Shown: positions 29,682-40,183, counted from the first letter of the stretch. The stretch is 53,862 nt of DNA from an uncultured Clostridium sp. (GCA_964567085.1 CAZMKU010000001.1:1-53862); one strand, 5' to 3'. Translations and numbers: made by a program. The notes: generated from the letters alone by a model not told the origin.

Positions 29682-30740
29682 ATGATAAACGAACAGGAAT
29701 TTGATTTTGAAAACCGAATAGTATCCACAACCTACTCGCAGGAGGACAGCGAGGTTGACGTTTCCCTGCGACCCAAAACACTTGAGGACTACATGGGTCA
29801 GGACAAGGCAAAGGAAAACCTCAAGATATACATTGATGCTGCAAAGCTACGCGGCGAATCCCTCGACCACGTGCTTCTCTACGGCCCTCCCGGTCTTGGT
29901 AAAACAACGCTCTCAAACATTATCGCGACCGAAATGGGCGTAAATATAAGAGTTACCTCGGGCCCCGCGATCGAAAAGCAGGGAGACCTGGCGGCGCTCC
30001 TCACCAATCTCTCCGAGGGTGACGTTCTCTTTATCGACGAAATACACAGACTCAACCGCTCGGTCGAGGAAATTCTCTATCCCGCCATGGAGGACTACGC
30101 GCTTGATATTATTATCGGTAAGGGTCCTTCAGCGAGAAGCATCCGAATCGACCTGCCGAAATTTACTCTTATCGGCGCGACCACAAGAGCGGGTCAGCTG
30201 ACCACTCCTCTGCGCGACCGCTTCGGCGTTGTACTCAAGCTTGAGCTTTACACTCCCGAGCAGCTTGCGACCATCGTTACACGAAGCGCTTCAATTCTGG
30301 GCATTGAAATCAGCAAAAACGGCGCATACGAGATAGCCTCCCGCTCGCGCGGAACGCCCCGAATCGCCAACCGCCTTCTCAAGCGCGTTCGCGACTTCGC
30401 GCAGGTGCTCGGCAAGGACGTCATCGACGAGGAGATCGCCTCCTACGCGCTCGGCAAGCTCGACATTGACGAGCTCGGACTTGACGCGACCGACAGACGT
30501 ATGCTCGAAACCATAATCCGCTTCTACGACGGCGGCCCCGTTGGCCTCGATACTCTCGCGGCAACCATCGGCGAGGAAGCTATAACGCTCGAGGACGTTT
30601 ACGAGCCTTATCTTATGCAGATAGGCTTTCTCTCAAGAACTCCCCGAGGCAGATGCGTAACACGTCTTGCTTACGAGCACCTCGGTCTTTCACAAAGAAA
30701 GGACGACTCCCAGCTTGATATTTTCAGCGAGGATAAGTAA
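29682..30740 (+). CDS. ruvB: Holliday junction DNA helicase RuvB
   Basis: The ORF is 352 aa. Motifs are [12 protein letters not shown], Walker [10 protein letters not shown], Walker [10 protein letters not shown] and [11 protein letters not shown]. Confidence 0.95.
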   Translation: MINEQEFDFENRIVSTTYSQEDSEVDVSLRPKTLEDYMGQDKAKENLKIYIDAAKLRGESLDHVLLYGPPGLGKTTLSNIIATEMGVNIRVTSGPAIEKQGDLAALLTNLSEGDVLFIDEIHRLNRSVEEILYPAMEDYALDIIIGKGPSARSIRIDLPKFTLIGATTRAGQLTTPLRDRFGVVLKLELYTPEQLATIVTRSASILGIEISKNGAYEIASRSRGTPRIANRLLKRVRDFAQVLGKDVIDEEIASYALGKLDIDELGLDATDRRMLETIIRFYDGGPVGLDTLAATIGEEAITLEDVYEPYLMQIGFLSRTPRGRCVTRLAYEHLGLSQRKDDSQLDIFSEDK

Positions 30741-30920
30741 ATAAAAAACAGAAAATCAGGGGGCACACCCTAAACGACAGTTTTACAAGAATACGGTATG
30801 TTTCGAAAGAGGTATAACTATTTTTAACCTTGGTAAAATCGCAAGCTCTACTAAATGGTTATGGTAAATACCCTAATTCTAATTTAGTTTGTGTAGCAGC
30901 AATCGGAGTTTGCGGTTTTC

Positions 30921-30950
30921 GGTGCGTGGCTTCGGTTACGCACCTTTTTT
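30921..30950 (+). terminator. strong rho-independent terminator with a UUCG tetraloop
   Basis: GGTGCGTGGC-TTCG-GTTACGCACC is followed by TTTTTT. It lies 180 nt after the ruvB stop and 21 nt before the next ATG. Confidence 0.85.
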
Positions 30951-30971
30951 ATATGCTGATAGGGGGATTAT

Positions 30972-31187
30972 ATGAGCAAGAACATTCAAAAAAGGGTAAT
31001 AGATATTAGCGGCGTCGAGCTTATGCCCGGAGAGCCTAAGATTTGTCTTGGTAACGGAAATCAAGGCTTTGGGTGTTGTTGCGACGAGTGCGACTGCTAT
31101 TTGCTTTGTTTTCCCGAATTTAAACCAAAAGGCAACGATAAAAATATTTCTATGGGTAGCTGTCTAAAGGACAATTCTAAAATTTAA
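30972..31187 (+). CDS. Cys-rich small protein of unknown function
   Basis: The ORF is 71 aa with an AGGGGGA RBS 5 nt upstream. It has a GFGCCCDECDCYLLC cluster. A terminator follows it. Confidence 0.5.
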   Translation: MSKNIQKRVIDISGVELMPGEPKICLGNGNQGFGCCCDECDCYLLCFPEFKPKGNDKNISMGSCLKDNSKI

Positions 31188-31202
31188 TACATTTCAATAG
31201 GA

Positions 31203-31240
31203 AAAGGACAGAGAATGCTTTACGTTCTCTGTCCTTTTCC
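31203..31240. terminator. bidirectional terminator between the Cys-rich ORF and the convergent ABC exporter operon
   Basis: 11-bp stem AGGACAGAGAA / TTCTCTGTCCT. It is flanked by an A-run and a T-run. Confidence 0.75.
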
Positions 31241-31315
31241 TGTCGGTAGGTAACATATTCTATGGAATTTCGAAAACTGTCCTTTAGAGTACGTTCCCTT
31301 CTCCGTTCTTTTTTA

Positions 31316-33091
31316 TTATACTTGCACAGCCTGGCTATTCCAAAGCTCGGAATAAAACCCGTCTCGGGCAAGAAGCTCATCGTGACTTCCCTTCTCGATT
31401 ACTTTGCCGTCCTTCATAACCAAAATTATGTCGGCTTCCTTGATCGTGGAAAGTCTGTGCGCCACGATAAACGAGGTTCTTCCCTTCATCATCGTAGCAA
31501 AAGCCTTCTGTATCTTCATTTCGGTTCTCGTGTCGATCGACGAGGTCGCCTCGTCGAGAATAAGCATAGGCGGCAGAGCGAGAATTACCCTCGCGATACA
31601 CAAAAGCTGCTTCTGTCCCTGCGAGAGCATGCCGCCGTCCTCACCGATCATAGTATCATATCCGTTCGGCAAGCGCTTAATAAACGAATGCGCGTGCGCC
31701 GCCTTTGCCGCCGAGATGATCTCCTCATCAGTGGCATCGGGCTTGCCCATACAGATGTTTTCTTTGATAGTTCCCACCTTTAGCCACGTATCCTGAAGCA
31801 CCATACCGTACGATGAGCGAAGCGAGCTTCTCGTAACGTCCTTTATATCGTATCCGCTCACGGAAATCTTGCCCTCGTCAACGTCATAAAACCTCATAAG
31901 CAGATTGATGACCGTGGTCTTTCCGCAGCCCGTAGGACCGACGATGGCAACCCTCTGGCTCTTTTCAATGTTAAGGTTAAAATCCTTTATAAGCTCGCGA
32001 TCCTTCGTGTAGGAAAAGCTTACGTTTTCGATCTTCACGTTTCCGTTTATATCCTCGTCCGTGAGCACCTTCGCGTCGGGCGCGTCGGGTGTCTCTGCGG
32101 GAGCGTCAATAAGCTCAAAAAGACGGGAAACACACGCCAGAGAATTCTGAAGCTCGGTAATTACGCCCGAGATCTCATTAAAGGGCTTCGTGTACTGATT
32201 TGCGTAGCCCAAAAGGCTTGAAAGCATACCGACGGTAAGCGAAGCGCCGCCCGAGCCTATGCATATAAGCGCGCCCGCAAGAGCTACCGCCGCGTAAACC
32301 AGATTATTTACAAATCTCGTCGAGGGGTTCGTAAGCGAGGAATAGAATACCGCCTTGAGCGATACGCGGCCAAGCTCATCGTTTATCTTGTCAAACCGCT
32401 CTATGACGTTCCCCTCCTGTGAAAACGCGACAACCGTCTTGTGCTCGCCGATCATCTCGTCGATAAGGGCGGTCTGCTCGCCTCTTACCTCCGCCTGCTT
32501 TTTGAAAAGAGTAAAGGTGCTCTTTGCTATAAACGCGGCAACGAACAGCGAAAGAGGTGTCATTACCACGACTATAACGGCGATTATGGGGTTTATGTAG
32601 ATCATAAAAGCCAGAGTCGCAAGAATAGTCAGCGCGCCCGTAAAGAGCTGGGAGAAGCCCATAAGAAGTCCGTCGGAGAACTGATCAACGTCGCCGATAA
32701 CACGGCTGACCGTGTCGCCGACCGAGTGGGAATCAATATAAGAGAGCGGCTGGGACTGAAGCTTCATAAAAGCCTCCCTGCGCATTCGCCTTACGATACC
32801 AAAGGTTATTTTGTTATTGCAAATATTCATTATCCATTGGAGCAAGCCCGTTACAATGGATATTATACCGATCTGAATAAGTATGCCGAAAATACCGTCA
32901 AGATCAACCGCTCCGCGACCGATCGCCATATCAATAGCGCGGCCGATAAGCACGGGGACGTATATAGTCAATGCCACTACGACCGCCGCCAAGATAAGCG
33001 ACAGGAGGAAAAGCCATTTATACGTCTCAAGGTATTTGAGCACTCTTTTCACGGTCTTGATATTCTTACCGTTTTCTTTTGTTTTCTTCAT
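31316..33091 (-). CDS. ABC exporter, fused permease/ATPase (heterodimer subunit 2)
   Basis: The ORF is 591 aa. A six-TM exporter domain is followed by an NBD with GPTGCGKTT, LSQGQKQLLCIAR and ILDEATS. Confidence 0.9.
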   Translation of the reverse strand: MKKTKENGKNIKTVKRVLKYLETYKWLFLLSLILAAVVVALTIYVPVLIGRAIDMAIGRGAVDLDGIFGILIQIGIISIVTGLLQWIMNICNNKITFGIVRRMRREAFMKLQSQPLSYIDSHSVGDTVSRVIGDVDQFSDGLLMGFSQLFTGALTILATLAFMIYINPIIAVIVVVMTPLSLFVAAFIAKSTFTLFKKQAEVRGEQTALIDEMIGEHKTVVAFSQEGNVIERFDKINDELGRVSLKAVFYSSLTNPSTRFVNNLVYAAVALAGALICIGSGGASLTVGMLSSLLGYANQYTKPFNEISGVITELQNSLACVSRLFELIDAPAETPDAPDAKVLTDEDINGNVKIENVSFSYTKDRELIKDFNLNIEKSQRVAIVGPTGCGKTTVINLLMRFYDVDEGKISVSGYDIKDVTRSSLRSSYGMVLQDTWLKVGTIKENICMGKPDATDEEIISAAKAAHAHSFIKRLPNGYDTMIGEDGGMLSQGQKQLLCIARVILALPPMLILDEATSSIDTRTEMKIQKAFATMMKGRTSFIVAHRLSTIKEADIILVMKDGKVIEKGSHDELLARDGFYSELWNSQAVQV

Positions 33092-33094
33092 AAT

Positions 33095-34822
33095 TTATGC
33101 CTTCGCCGCGTAAAACTGCGACTCAAAAATTTCCTTATAAGTCTCGCACGAGGAAAGAAGCTCGTCGTGTGTGCCGATACCCACGATCTTGCCGTCGTCA
33201 AGCACGATTATCTTATCCGCGTGGGAGATGGACGAGGTTCTCTGCGAGATAATAAACACAGCGGGGTCATAGTCGAGAGACAAAATTTCACGTCGCAGCT
33301 TCGCCTCGGTCGCAAAGTCAAGAGCAGACGCGCTATCGTCAAGAATAAGTATCGGCGCGCGTCTTATTATCGCTCTGGCGATACAAATTCTCTGCCGCTG
33401 TCCGCCCGAAAAATTCTTTCCCTTCTGGGATACGCGCGCGTCAAGTCCGCCGTCCTTTTCTCTGACGAATTCATCCGCCTGAGCAATACGAAGCGCCTCC
33501 CACATCTGCTCGTCCGTAGCGTTCTCATTTCCCCACAAAAGATTCGAGCGTATAGTTCCCTTGAAAAGCACGGATTTTTGAGGAACCGTCGAGATCATAG
33601 CGCGAAGCGCATCGGGACTGTAGCTATTCACGTTTTTTCCGAAAACACAAACCTCGCCGCGAGTTGCGGGATAGTACGCGGGAATAAGGTTTACAAGCGA
33701 GGTCTTACCGCAGCCCGTGCCGCCGATAATACCCACCGTCTGTCCGCGAAGCACCGAAAATTCAATATCAGAGAGAGCTTCGTCCGCGCCGCCTCTGTAC
33801 GTAAGGCTTACGTTTTTAAATTCAACCGCAACGCCCGTCTGCTCGCGCGCGCACGCCCCGCCCTCTTTCTTGTTGTCGGTGGCGGGAATATCGAACACCG
33901 CGCTTATTCTCTTTGCGGACGCGACCGCCTTGATGACCGTGAAAATAGTCGTCGCGAGCTTTACGAGCTCGACGAGTATCTGCGTCATATAATTATAGGA
34001 AGCAACGAGGTCGCCCTGAAGCATATTTCCCTCGTTTATCTCGGGGGCAGCAAAATAGATAAGCGCGATAATGCCGAGATTCACGCAAACGTAGGTCAGA
34101 GGATTCATAAGCGAGGATATCTTACCCGCAAGCTTTTGCGCGCTCGTATGCTCTCTGTTGGCATCGTTAAAATCCTCTGTCTGCCGCTCCTCCATATTAA
34201 ACGCGCGTATAACTCTCGCGCCCGAAAGATTTTCTCGCGTCAGCGAGGTTACTCGGTCAAGCCTTGACTGAACGCGGCGGTAGAGCGGAATGCCCGCTAA
34301 AATAATTGTGAAAACTATAATAGCAAGCACAGGAATTAAGATTGCAAATATCCACGCCGTCGTGGGATTTACGAAAAACGCCATTATCATCGCGCCGAAC
34401 ACGATTATGGGCGAGCGCAAAAACAGGCGCAGAGTCATATTAACACCCGCCTGTACCTGATTTATGTCCCCCGTCATTCTCGTTATCATCGTGGACGTGC
34501 CCAGCGAATCCGTCTCGGTATAGGAGAGCTTCGTCAGGTGCGAGAAAAGAGACTTTCTCATAGACGTTGAAGCGCCGACCGCCGCCCTTGCCGCAAAATA
34601 CTGCGCGGTCAGAGCGCAGACAAGCCCGATGATACCAAGCGCCACCAGGATCAGAATTCTCGTATATATGTAATTTTTGTCGCTATTTTTTATGCCAATA
34701 TCAATTATATCCTTGACAACGAGCGGCACGAAAAGATCAAAGCACGCCTCGAGCAGCTTGAAAAACGGCGCAAAAAAGCATTCTAATTTATATTTTTTAA
34801 GATGCTTTAATACAAATCTCAT
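33095..34822 (-). CDS. ABC exporter, fused permease/ATPase (heterodimer subunit 1)
   Basis: The NBD has GGTGCGKTS, FSGGQRQRICIAR and ILDDSAS. The start is set at the ATG at 34822 (MRFVLKHLKKYK, GGGAGA RBS). The track's upstream TTG start at 34852 would lie only 3 nt from the -10 box. Confidence 0.88.
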   Translation of the reverse strand: MRFVLKHLKKYKLECFFAPFFKLLEACFDLFVPLVVKDIIDIGIKNSDKNYIYTRILILVALGIIGLVCALTAQYFAARAAVGASTSMRKSLFSHLTKLSYTETDSLGTSTMITRMTGDINQVQAGVNMTLRLFLRSPIIVFGAMIMAFFVNPTTAWIFAILIPVLAIIVFTIILAGIPLYRRVQSRLDRVTSLTRENLSGARVIRAFNMEERQTEDFNDANREHTSAQKLAGKISSLMNPLTYVCVNLGIIALIYFAAPEINEGNMLQGDLVASYNYMTQILVELVKLATTIFTVIKAVASAKRISAVFDIPATDNKKEGGACAREQTGVAVEFKNVSLTYRGGADEALSDIEFSVLRGQTVGIIGGTGCGKTSLVNLIPAYYPATRGEVCVFGKNVNSYSPDALRAMISTVPQKSVLFKGTIRSNLLWGNENATDEQMWEALRIAQADEFVREKDGGLDARVSQKGKNFSGGQRQRICIARAIIRRAPILILDDSASALDFATEAKLRREILSLDYDPAVFIISQRTSSISHADKIIVLDDGKIVGIGTHDELLSSCETYKEIFESQFYAAKA

Positions 34823-34854
34823 ATTTTCTCCCAAAAATTTTACTTCTATCAATC

Positions 34855-34883
34855 ATTATACCATACAAAAAAATTTTTTTCAA
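34855..34883 (-). promoter_or_regulatory. sigma-A type promoter for the ABC exporter operon
   Basis: The minus strand reads TTGAAA, a 17-nt spacer, then TATAAT. Confidence 0.55.
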
Positions 34884-35012
34884 TATAAATAAAAAAATCC
34901 TCGAAATATTATTATTTTTCAATTTTAAACAAATATTCTTCATACTGCTTTAACAATACTGTGTTAAAATATGCTTAATTAGTTTTTCAATTCATTTATG
35001 GAGGATTAAAGA

Positions 35013-38000
35013 ATGTTAGAGCTAAAAAACATAAAAAAATCTTATGTTGTTGGTGACTCTACAGTCGAAGCACTTAAAGGCGTCAGCATCGAATTCAGAA
35101 AAAATGAGTTCGTTTCGATACTCGGTCCATCGGGATGCGGCAAAACCACCCTTCTCAATATTATAGGCGGTCTTGACAGATACTCCGACGGAGACCTTAT
35201 CATACGCGGTAAATCCACGAAAACCTTTAAGGATTCCGACTGGGACACCTACAGAAATCACTCGATCGGCTTTGTATTCCAAAGCTACAATCTCATACCT
35301 CACCAGACGGTTCTCGCGAACGTTGAGCTTGCGCTCACGCTCTCGGGCGTATCCAAGGCGGAGCGCCGCCGCAGAGCGACCGAAGCACTTGAAGCCGTAG
35401 GACTTGGCGACCAGCTTAACAAACGCCCCTCGCAGATGTCGGGCGGTCAGATGCAGAGAGTTGCAATCGCTCGAGCTCTTGTAAACGACCCCGATATTTT
35501 GCTCGCAGACGAGCCCACGGGCGCGCTTGACACGGCTACGAGCGTACAGATCATGGAAATTCTCAAGGAGATCTCCAAGGATAAGCTCATTATTATGGTT
35601 ACTCACAACCCCGAGCTTGCCGCAACGTATTCCACGAGAATTATCAAGGTGCTTGACGGCTTGGTGATCAACGACTCCGACCCCTACGTAAGCGAAAAGC
35701 AGGTTGAAGAGGCAGCTCCCGAGCCCGAAAAGAAAACTCACGCTCAAAAGAAGGCCGACAAAAAGGAAAAGGCAAAAACCTCGATGTCCTTCTGGACCGC
35801 TCTCTCCCTTTCCTTCAACAATCTTCGCACCAAAAAGGGTCGAACCATAATGACGTCCTTTGCGGGAAGCATCGGTATTATCGGTATCGCGCTTATCTTG
35901 GCGCTCTCGCAGGGCATCAATGAGTACATTGCAAGCGTTCAAAGAGACACCCTGTCATCCTTCCCCATAAGCATTTATGCGGAGGAAGCTGACATTTCAA
36001 GTATGCTTTCCACGATCATGGACTCGCAATCCACGGAGGACAAGGAAGCGCACGGCACGGATGCGATTTATCCCAATCTCGTTATGTCGGAGCTTGTTCA
36101 GAACATCACGTCCGCCGAGACCAAGAAAAACAATCTCAAGCCCTTCAAGTCCTTCCTTGACGACACGGAAAACAACGGCCTTGAGGGTCACGTATCCGCT
36201 ATTCAATACTCATACAATATTGATCTCAATATGTACGCCATGAACAAATACGGCAACTACAACGACACGAGCCTCGAAAACCTATTTTCGACTATGATGG
36301 GATCGGGAACGAATACGACGGGCACGACGAGCAGTATATCAAGCCTTATGGACACCTCAACGATGTTTGCGGCTTACGACGTGTGGACCGAGCTTCTCCC
36401 GGGCGAAAAGAACGCTGACGGCACGTACTCAACTCTTGTAAACGACGTGGTTAAAAGTCAATATACCGTTGTTGCGGGTGATTGGCCCTCCGCCAAGGAC
36501 GAGGTTATTCTCGTGCTCGACGAATACAACGAGATCACGGATATCACGCTCTTCTCTCTTGGCCTTATCTCCAAGCAGGATATGATCAAGACCGTCACCT
36601 TGGCTATGACGGGTCAGGAAAACACCGACCTCGGACTTTCGGAATCCTATTCCTACGAGGATATCCTGAATATTTCCTTTAAGATGGTTCTCAACTCCGA
36701 CTTCTACAGAAAAGCAGGAGACGGCACGTGGGTTGATATGAGAGAAAACACCGACGCCATCGGCGCGATTCTCAACGACGCTCTCGACGTAAAGGTTGTC
36801 GGCATCGTAAAGCCCGCCGAGAATGCAACCGCCGCTCCTATCGGCGGAACTCTTGCATATACTGCAGCGCTTACGGAATATGCTATCGCAAAGACAAACG
36901 AGTCTGCCATCGCCAAGGAGCTTTTAGCGGCAGAAAATAAAAACCTTGACATCTTCACGGGTCTTCCCTTCGTTGTTGACACCCCTGAGCTTACCGACGA
37001 GGAAAAGGCTGTATACGTAAACAATTACGTAAAGGATATAACAAGCTCCGAGAAGGCGCAGATATACAGAGATATTTACTGCACTCCATCCGACGAATAC
37101 GTTGAAACGATGTACGAGCAGTATAAAAAGGAAATTTACGGTGACGCTTTCAACACGATGTCGTCCGACGAAAAGCGCGACAAGCTTGCTCAGATGATAG
37201 TTAACAACAATCTGCTTCAGGGCATCGACTACGAAACCGCAATGTCCCTGCTTTCAAGCTATAACGACACCGAGCTTGAACTTCGCGCCAAGAAAATGAT
37301 CTCCGAGATAATAATTGAAAATTATTACGAAAGAAAGAGCGCGGAGCTTGATGCTATAATTAACCCCTCGGTTCTCTCAAATAGCCTTCAGGACTCGGCA
37401 AACGCAAGCATGTACGCTCAGCTCAAGGCGAGCATCGAGGCAGGAATCCTCTCGCAGATCCAGCTCGACACGGCCGGTCTTGAAAGTCTGAACGCGATGA
37501 TAAACGCGGGTATTCTTGAAGCAAATCATGCAAAGAAGATAGTTTATATTACAAGCGCCTACTCTACCGAAACAGGACTTGGTATGGACACGTATTTCCC
37601 CATTCTTATGCAGAAATCCGCTGACGAGATCGACGTCCTCTTCGATGCTTTGGTAGACGAGATGACTATGACCCAGTACGCGCAGATCGCACGACTCGAC
37701 CAGGCCTTGTACGACAACATTCTCGCTGAAATGTTCGATACGTATATTGCGGAAAACGCTGAAAACGAGGAGGTTCTCGTAACCATTTACAACGACTACA
37801 TTCCTGACGGAACGAGCAGCAACACCTACGAGGACAATCTGAAGAAGGTCGGCATATGCGACCTCGAGGATCCCGACGCGGTATACATTTACGCGGCAAC
37901 CTTTGAGGACAAGGAATACATCGCAGATGTCATCGCGGATTACAACGATGGCAAGAGTGAGAGTGATCAGGTCTCTTACACCGACTACGTTGCGATGCTT

Positions 38001-38435
38001 ATGTCGTCCATTACGATCATTATCAATGCAATTTCCTACGTTCTTGTCGCATTCGTTTCCATTTCGCTTATAGTTTCTTCGATTATGATAGGAATTATCA
38101 CGAACATCTCGGTTCTCGAGAGAACGAAGGAGATCGGTATTCTCCGAGCTATCGGCGCGTCCAAGCGCGACGTATCGCGCGTATTCAACGCGGAAACTAT
38201 GATAATCGGTCTGGCTGCGGGACTTTTGGGTATCGCTATGACGGTACTTCTCTGCTTCCCGATATCCTGGATCGTTCAGGCTCTCACGGGTATTCCCACG
38301 CTCAGAGCGTACGTTCCTCCGCTCGCAGGAGTAATTCTCGTTCTTATCAGCGTAGGTCTTACGCTTATCGCAGGTCTTATCCCCGCGCGCTCGGCGGCTA
38401 AGAAGGATCCCGTAATTGCTCTCAGAACAGAATAA
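35013..38435 (+). CDS. MacB/FtsX-type ABC transporter, fused ATPase-permease with a very large extracytoplasmic domain
   Basis: The ORF is 1,140 aa. The N-terminal NBD has GPSGCGKTT, MSGGQMQRVAIAR and LLADEPT. TM1 lies at about aa 277-300. The FtsX-type C-terminal TM bundle has LERTKEIGILRAIGASKRDV. Confidence 0.9.
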   Translation: MLELKNIKKSYVVGDSTVEALKGVSIEFRKNEFVSILGPSGCGKTTLLNIIGGLDRYSDGDLIIRGKSTKTFKDSDWDTYRNHSIGFVFQSYNLIPHQTVLANVELALTLSGVSKAERRRRATEALEAVGLGDQLNKRPSQMSGGQMQRVAIARALVNDPDILLADEPTGALDTATSVQIMEILKEISKDKLIIMVTHNPELAATYSTRIIKVLDGLVINDSDPYVSEKQVEEAAPEPEKKTHAQKKADKKEKAKTSMSFWTALSLSFNNLRTKKGRTIMTSFAGSIGIIGIALILALSQGINEYIASVQRDTLSSFPISIYAEEADISSMLSTIMDSQSTEDKEAHGTDAIYPNLVMSELVQNITSAETKKNNLKPFKSFLDDTENNGLEGHVSAIQYSYNIDLNMYAMNKYGNYNDTSLENLFSTMMGSGTNTTGTTSSISSLMDTSTMFAAYDVWTELLPGEKNADGTYSTLVNDVVKSQYTVVAGDWPSAKDEVILVLDEYNEITDITLFSLGLISKQDMIKTVTLAMTGQENTDLGLSESYSYEDILNISFKMVLNSDFYRKAGDGTWVDMRENTDAIGAILNDALDVKVVGIVKPAENATAAPIGGTLAYTAALTEYAIAKTNESAIAKELLAAENKNLDIFTGLPFVVDTPELTDEEKAVYVNNYVKDITSSEKAQIYRDIYCTPSDEYVETMYEQYKKEIYGDAFNTMSSDEKRDKLAQMIVNNNLLQGIDYETAMSLLSSYNDTELELRAKKMISEIIIENYYERKSAELDAIINPSVLSNSLQDSANASMYAQLKASIEAGILSQIQLDTAGLESLNAMINAGILEANHAKKIVYITSAYSTETGLGMDTYFPILMQKSADEIDVLFDALVDEMTMTQYAQIARLDQALYDNILAEMFDTYIAENAENEEVLVTIYNDYIPDGTSSNTYEDNLKKVGICDLEDPDAVYIYAATFEDKEYIADVIADYNDGKSESDQVSYTDYVAMLMSSITIIINAISYVLVAFVSISLIVSSIMIGIITNISVLERTKEIGILRAIGASKRDVSRVFNAETMIIGLAAGLLGIAMTVLLCFPISWIVQALTGIPTLRAYVPPLAGVILVLISVGLTLIAGLIPARSAAKKDPVIALRTE

Positions 38436-38457
38436 TTTAATTACACAAGCCAATAAC

Positions 38458-38497
38458 TATAGCTCCTCTGACGATGTCAGAGGAGCTATTCTTATAT
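38458..38497 (+). terminator. rho-independent terminator after the MacB-type gene
   Basis: 14-bp stem ATAGCTCCTCTGAC / GTCAGAGGAGCTAT. It is followed by a T-rich stretch. Confidence 0.7.
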
Positions 38498-38560
38498 CAT
38501 ATTCAAGCCTCATATCGCATATATTTTTTGTAATCACAAATTTATCTTACGGAAAAATAT

Positions 38561-40114
38561 ATGTCATCACGAACCAGAAATTTCTTTTTAAGCGGACTTG
38601 TGGTAACGGCGACGTCTCTGATCATGCGCGGAGTCAGTGTTGCCTTCAACATTTACGTATCAAGCGTGGCAGGAGCGGAAGCTATGGGATTATTTTCCCT
38701 TATTACGAGCGTGTACGGCTTCTTTATCACTATTGCCTGCTCGTCAATAAACCTGGGCACTACACGTCTTATTTCTGAAGCTCTCGGCGAAGGCAATCAC
38801 AAGCTTTTACGCGACAGTATAAAGATCTGCATTCGCCACTCACTTATCACGGGTCTCATTTCCTCCCTGATCTTGTACTCCCTCTCAGGACTTATCGGCA
38901 CGCATCTTCTGTACGATGAACGCTGCATAATTTCCCTCAAGGCCGTCTCCTTTTCGCTTTTGCCGATCTCGCTGACGTCATGCCTATCGGGATATTTTAC
39001 GGCGGTACGACGAGTCAAGGTCAACGCGGTTTTCCAGATAGTTACGCAAGGCTTTAAAATCTTCACCACCGCCGCTCTGCTCTCGAATTTCTTGCAGTTC
39101 GGCGCGGAATACGCTTGTCTGTGTCTGGTTTTGGGCTCAGTCGTATCCGAGCTCATATCTCTCGGAGTCAATATTATTCTTTATTTTATCGACAAATCAA
39201 AGCATATGCCAAGGCTCGAAGCTCAAAACGGAGAAAAGGCATCCGAGGGAATCGTCAAAAAAATCTGCAAGATCACCCTGCCAGTCACCTTCAGCGCGTG
39301 CATTCGTTCGCTTTTCAACACGCTTCAGCACATTCTCATACCGCGCGGACTCAAGCTTTCGGGAAGCTCGTGGGCAGCGGCGCTTTCATCATACGGAATC
39401 CTTCACAGTATGGTACTCCCGCTCATTCTTTTCCCCTCTGCCTTCATTTATTCCTTCGCAAGTCTGCTTATTCCCGAGGTTGCAGAATGCCGTGTAAGAG
39501 GCGACCATGAGCGTCTGCGTCGCATCACAAGGCGCATAATATCACTCGCGATGTTCTTTGCGATCGGTGTCTCGGGAGTAATGCTTATGCTATCAAACGA
39601 GATCGGTGAGGCGCTTTACAAAAATCAGGAGGCATCGTTCTATATCAGAATTTTAGCGCCGCTCATCCCGATAATGTACATCGACGGCGCGACCGACGCT
39701 ATTCTGAAGGGTATGGGCAAGCAGATATATTCAATGAACGTGAATATCGCCGACGCGGCTCTGTCCTGTGTTCTGGTCTTCTTCTTAGTCCCGCGTCTCG
39801 GACTTTACGGATACATTATCTCAATATACGCCACGGAAACTCTAAACACCACCCTGAGCCTTATCGGAATGTTCACCGCCACCAAAACAAGACCTAAAAT
39901 TTTTCACCAATTACTGTCTCCCATACTGTGTATTACGCTGACGGGCATTATTTCCTCGTTTATTCTGTCAAACATAAACCACCCGTTCTCGCCCGCCGTC
40001 GAGCTTTGTCTCCATATTGCTCTGATAGCTATGATCTACGTTATAGCACTGCTCGTAACGAGGACGATCGGCAAGGAGGAAAACGAGGTCATATATTATT
40101 CGTTCAAAAAATAG
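38561..40114 (+). CDS. MOP-superfamily flippase, SpoVB-like (stage V sporulation protein B / polysaccharide biosynthesis protein family)
   Basis: The ORF is 517 aa with about 14 predicted TM segments. The N-terminus (FLSGLVVTATSLIMRGVSVAFNIYVSSVAGAEAMGLF) resembles SpoVB/MurJ-type proteins. Confidence 0.8.
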   Translation: MSSRTRNFFLSGLVVTATSLIMRGVSVAFNIYVSSVAGAEAMGLFSLITSVYGFFITIACSSINLGTTRLISEALGEGNHKLLRDSIKICIRHSLITGLISSLILYSLSGLIGTHLLYDERCIISLKAVSFSLLPISLTSCLSGYFTAVRRVKVNAVFQIVTQGFKIFTTAALLSNFLQFGAEYACLCLVLGSVVSELISLGVNIILYFIDKSKHMPRLEAQNGEKASEGIVKKICKITLPVTFSACIRSLFNTLQHILIPRGLKLSGSSWAAALSSYGILHSMVLPLILFPSAFIYSFASLLIPEVAECRVRGDHERLRRITRRIISLAMFFAIGVSGVMLMLSNEIGEALYKNQEASFYIRILAPLIPIMYIDGATDAILKGMGKQIYSMNVNIADAALSCVLVFFLVPRLGLYGYIISIYATETLNTTLSLIGMFTATKTRPKIFHQLLSPILCITLTGIISSFILSNINHPFSPAVELCLHIALIAMIYVIALLVTRTIGKEENEVIYYSFKK

Positions 40115-40183
40115 AAGGCTATTGAGGCGGATTATGAGAGGTCGTCGTAGCGCGCGCATAATGAATTGCCTGAAACAATACAA

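Noticed and set aside
32441-34267. 608-aa plus-strand ORF antisense to both ABC exporter genes
   Set aside because: It is a shadow ORF in the codon-aligned antisense frame. It spans the junction of two genes with clear Walker and signature motifs. Its composition is Arg-rich and nonsensical.
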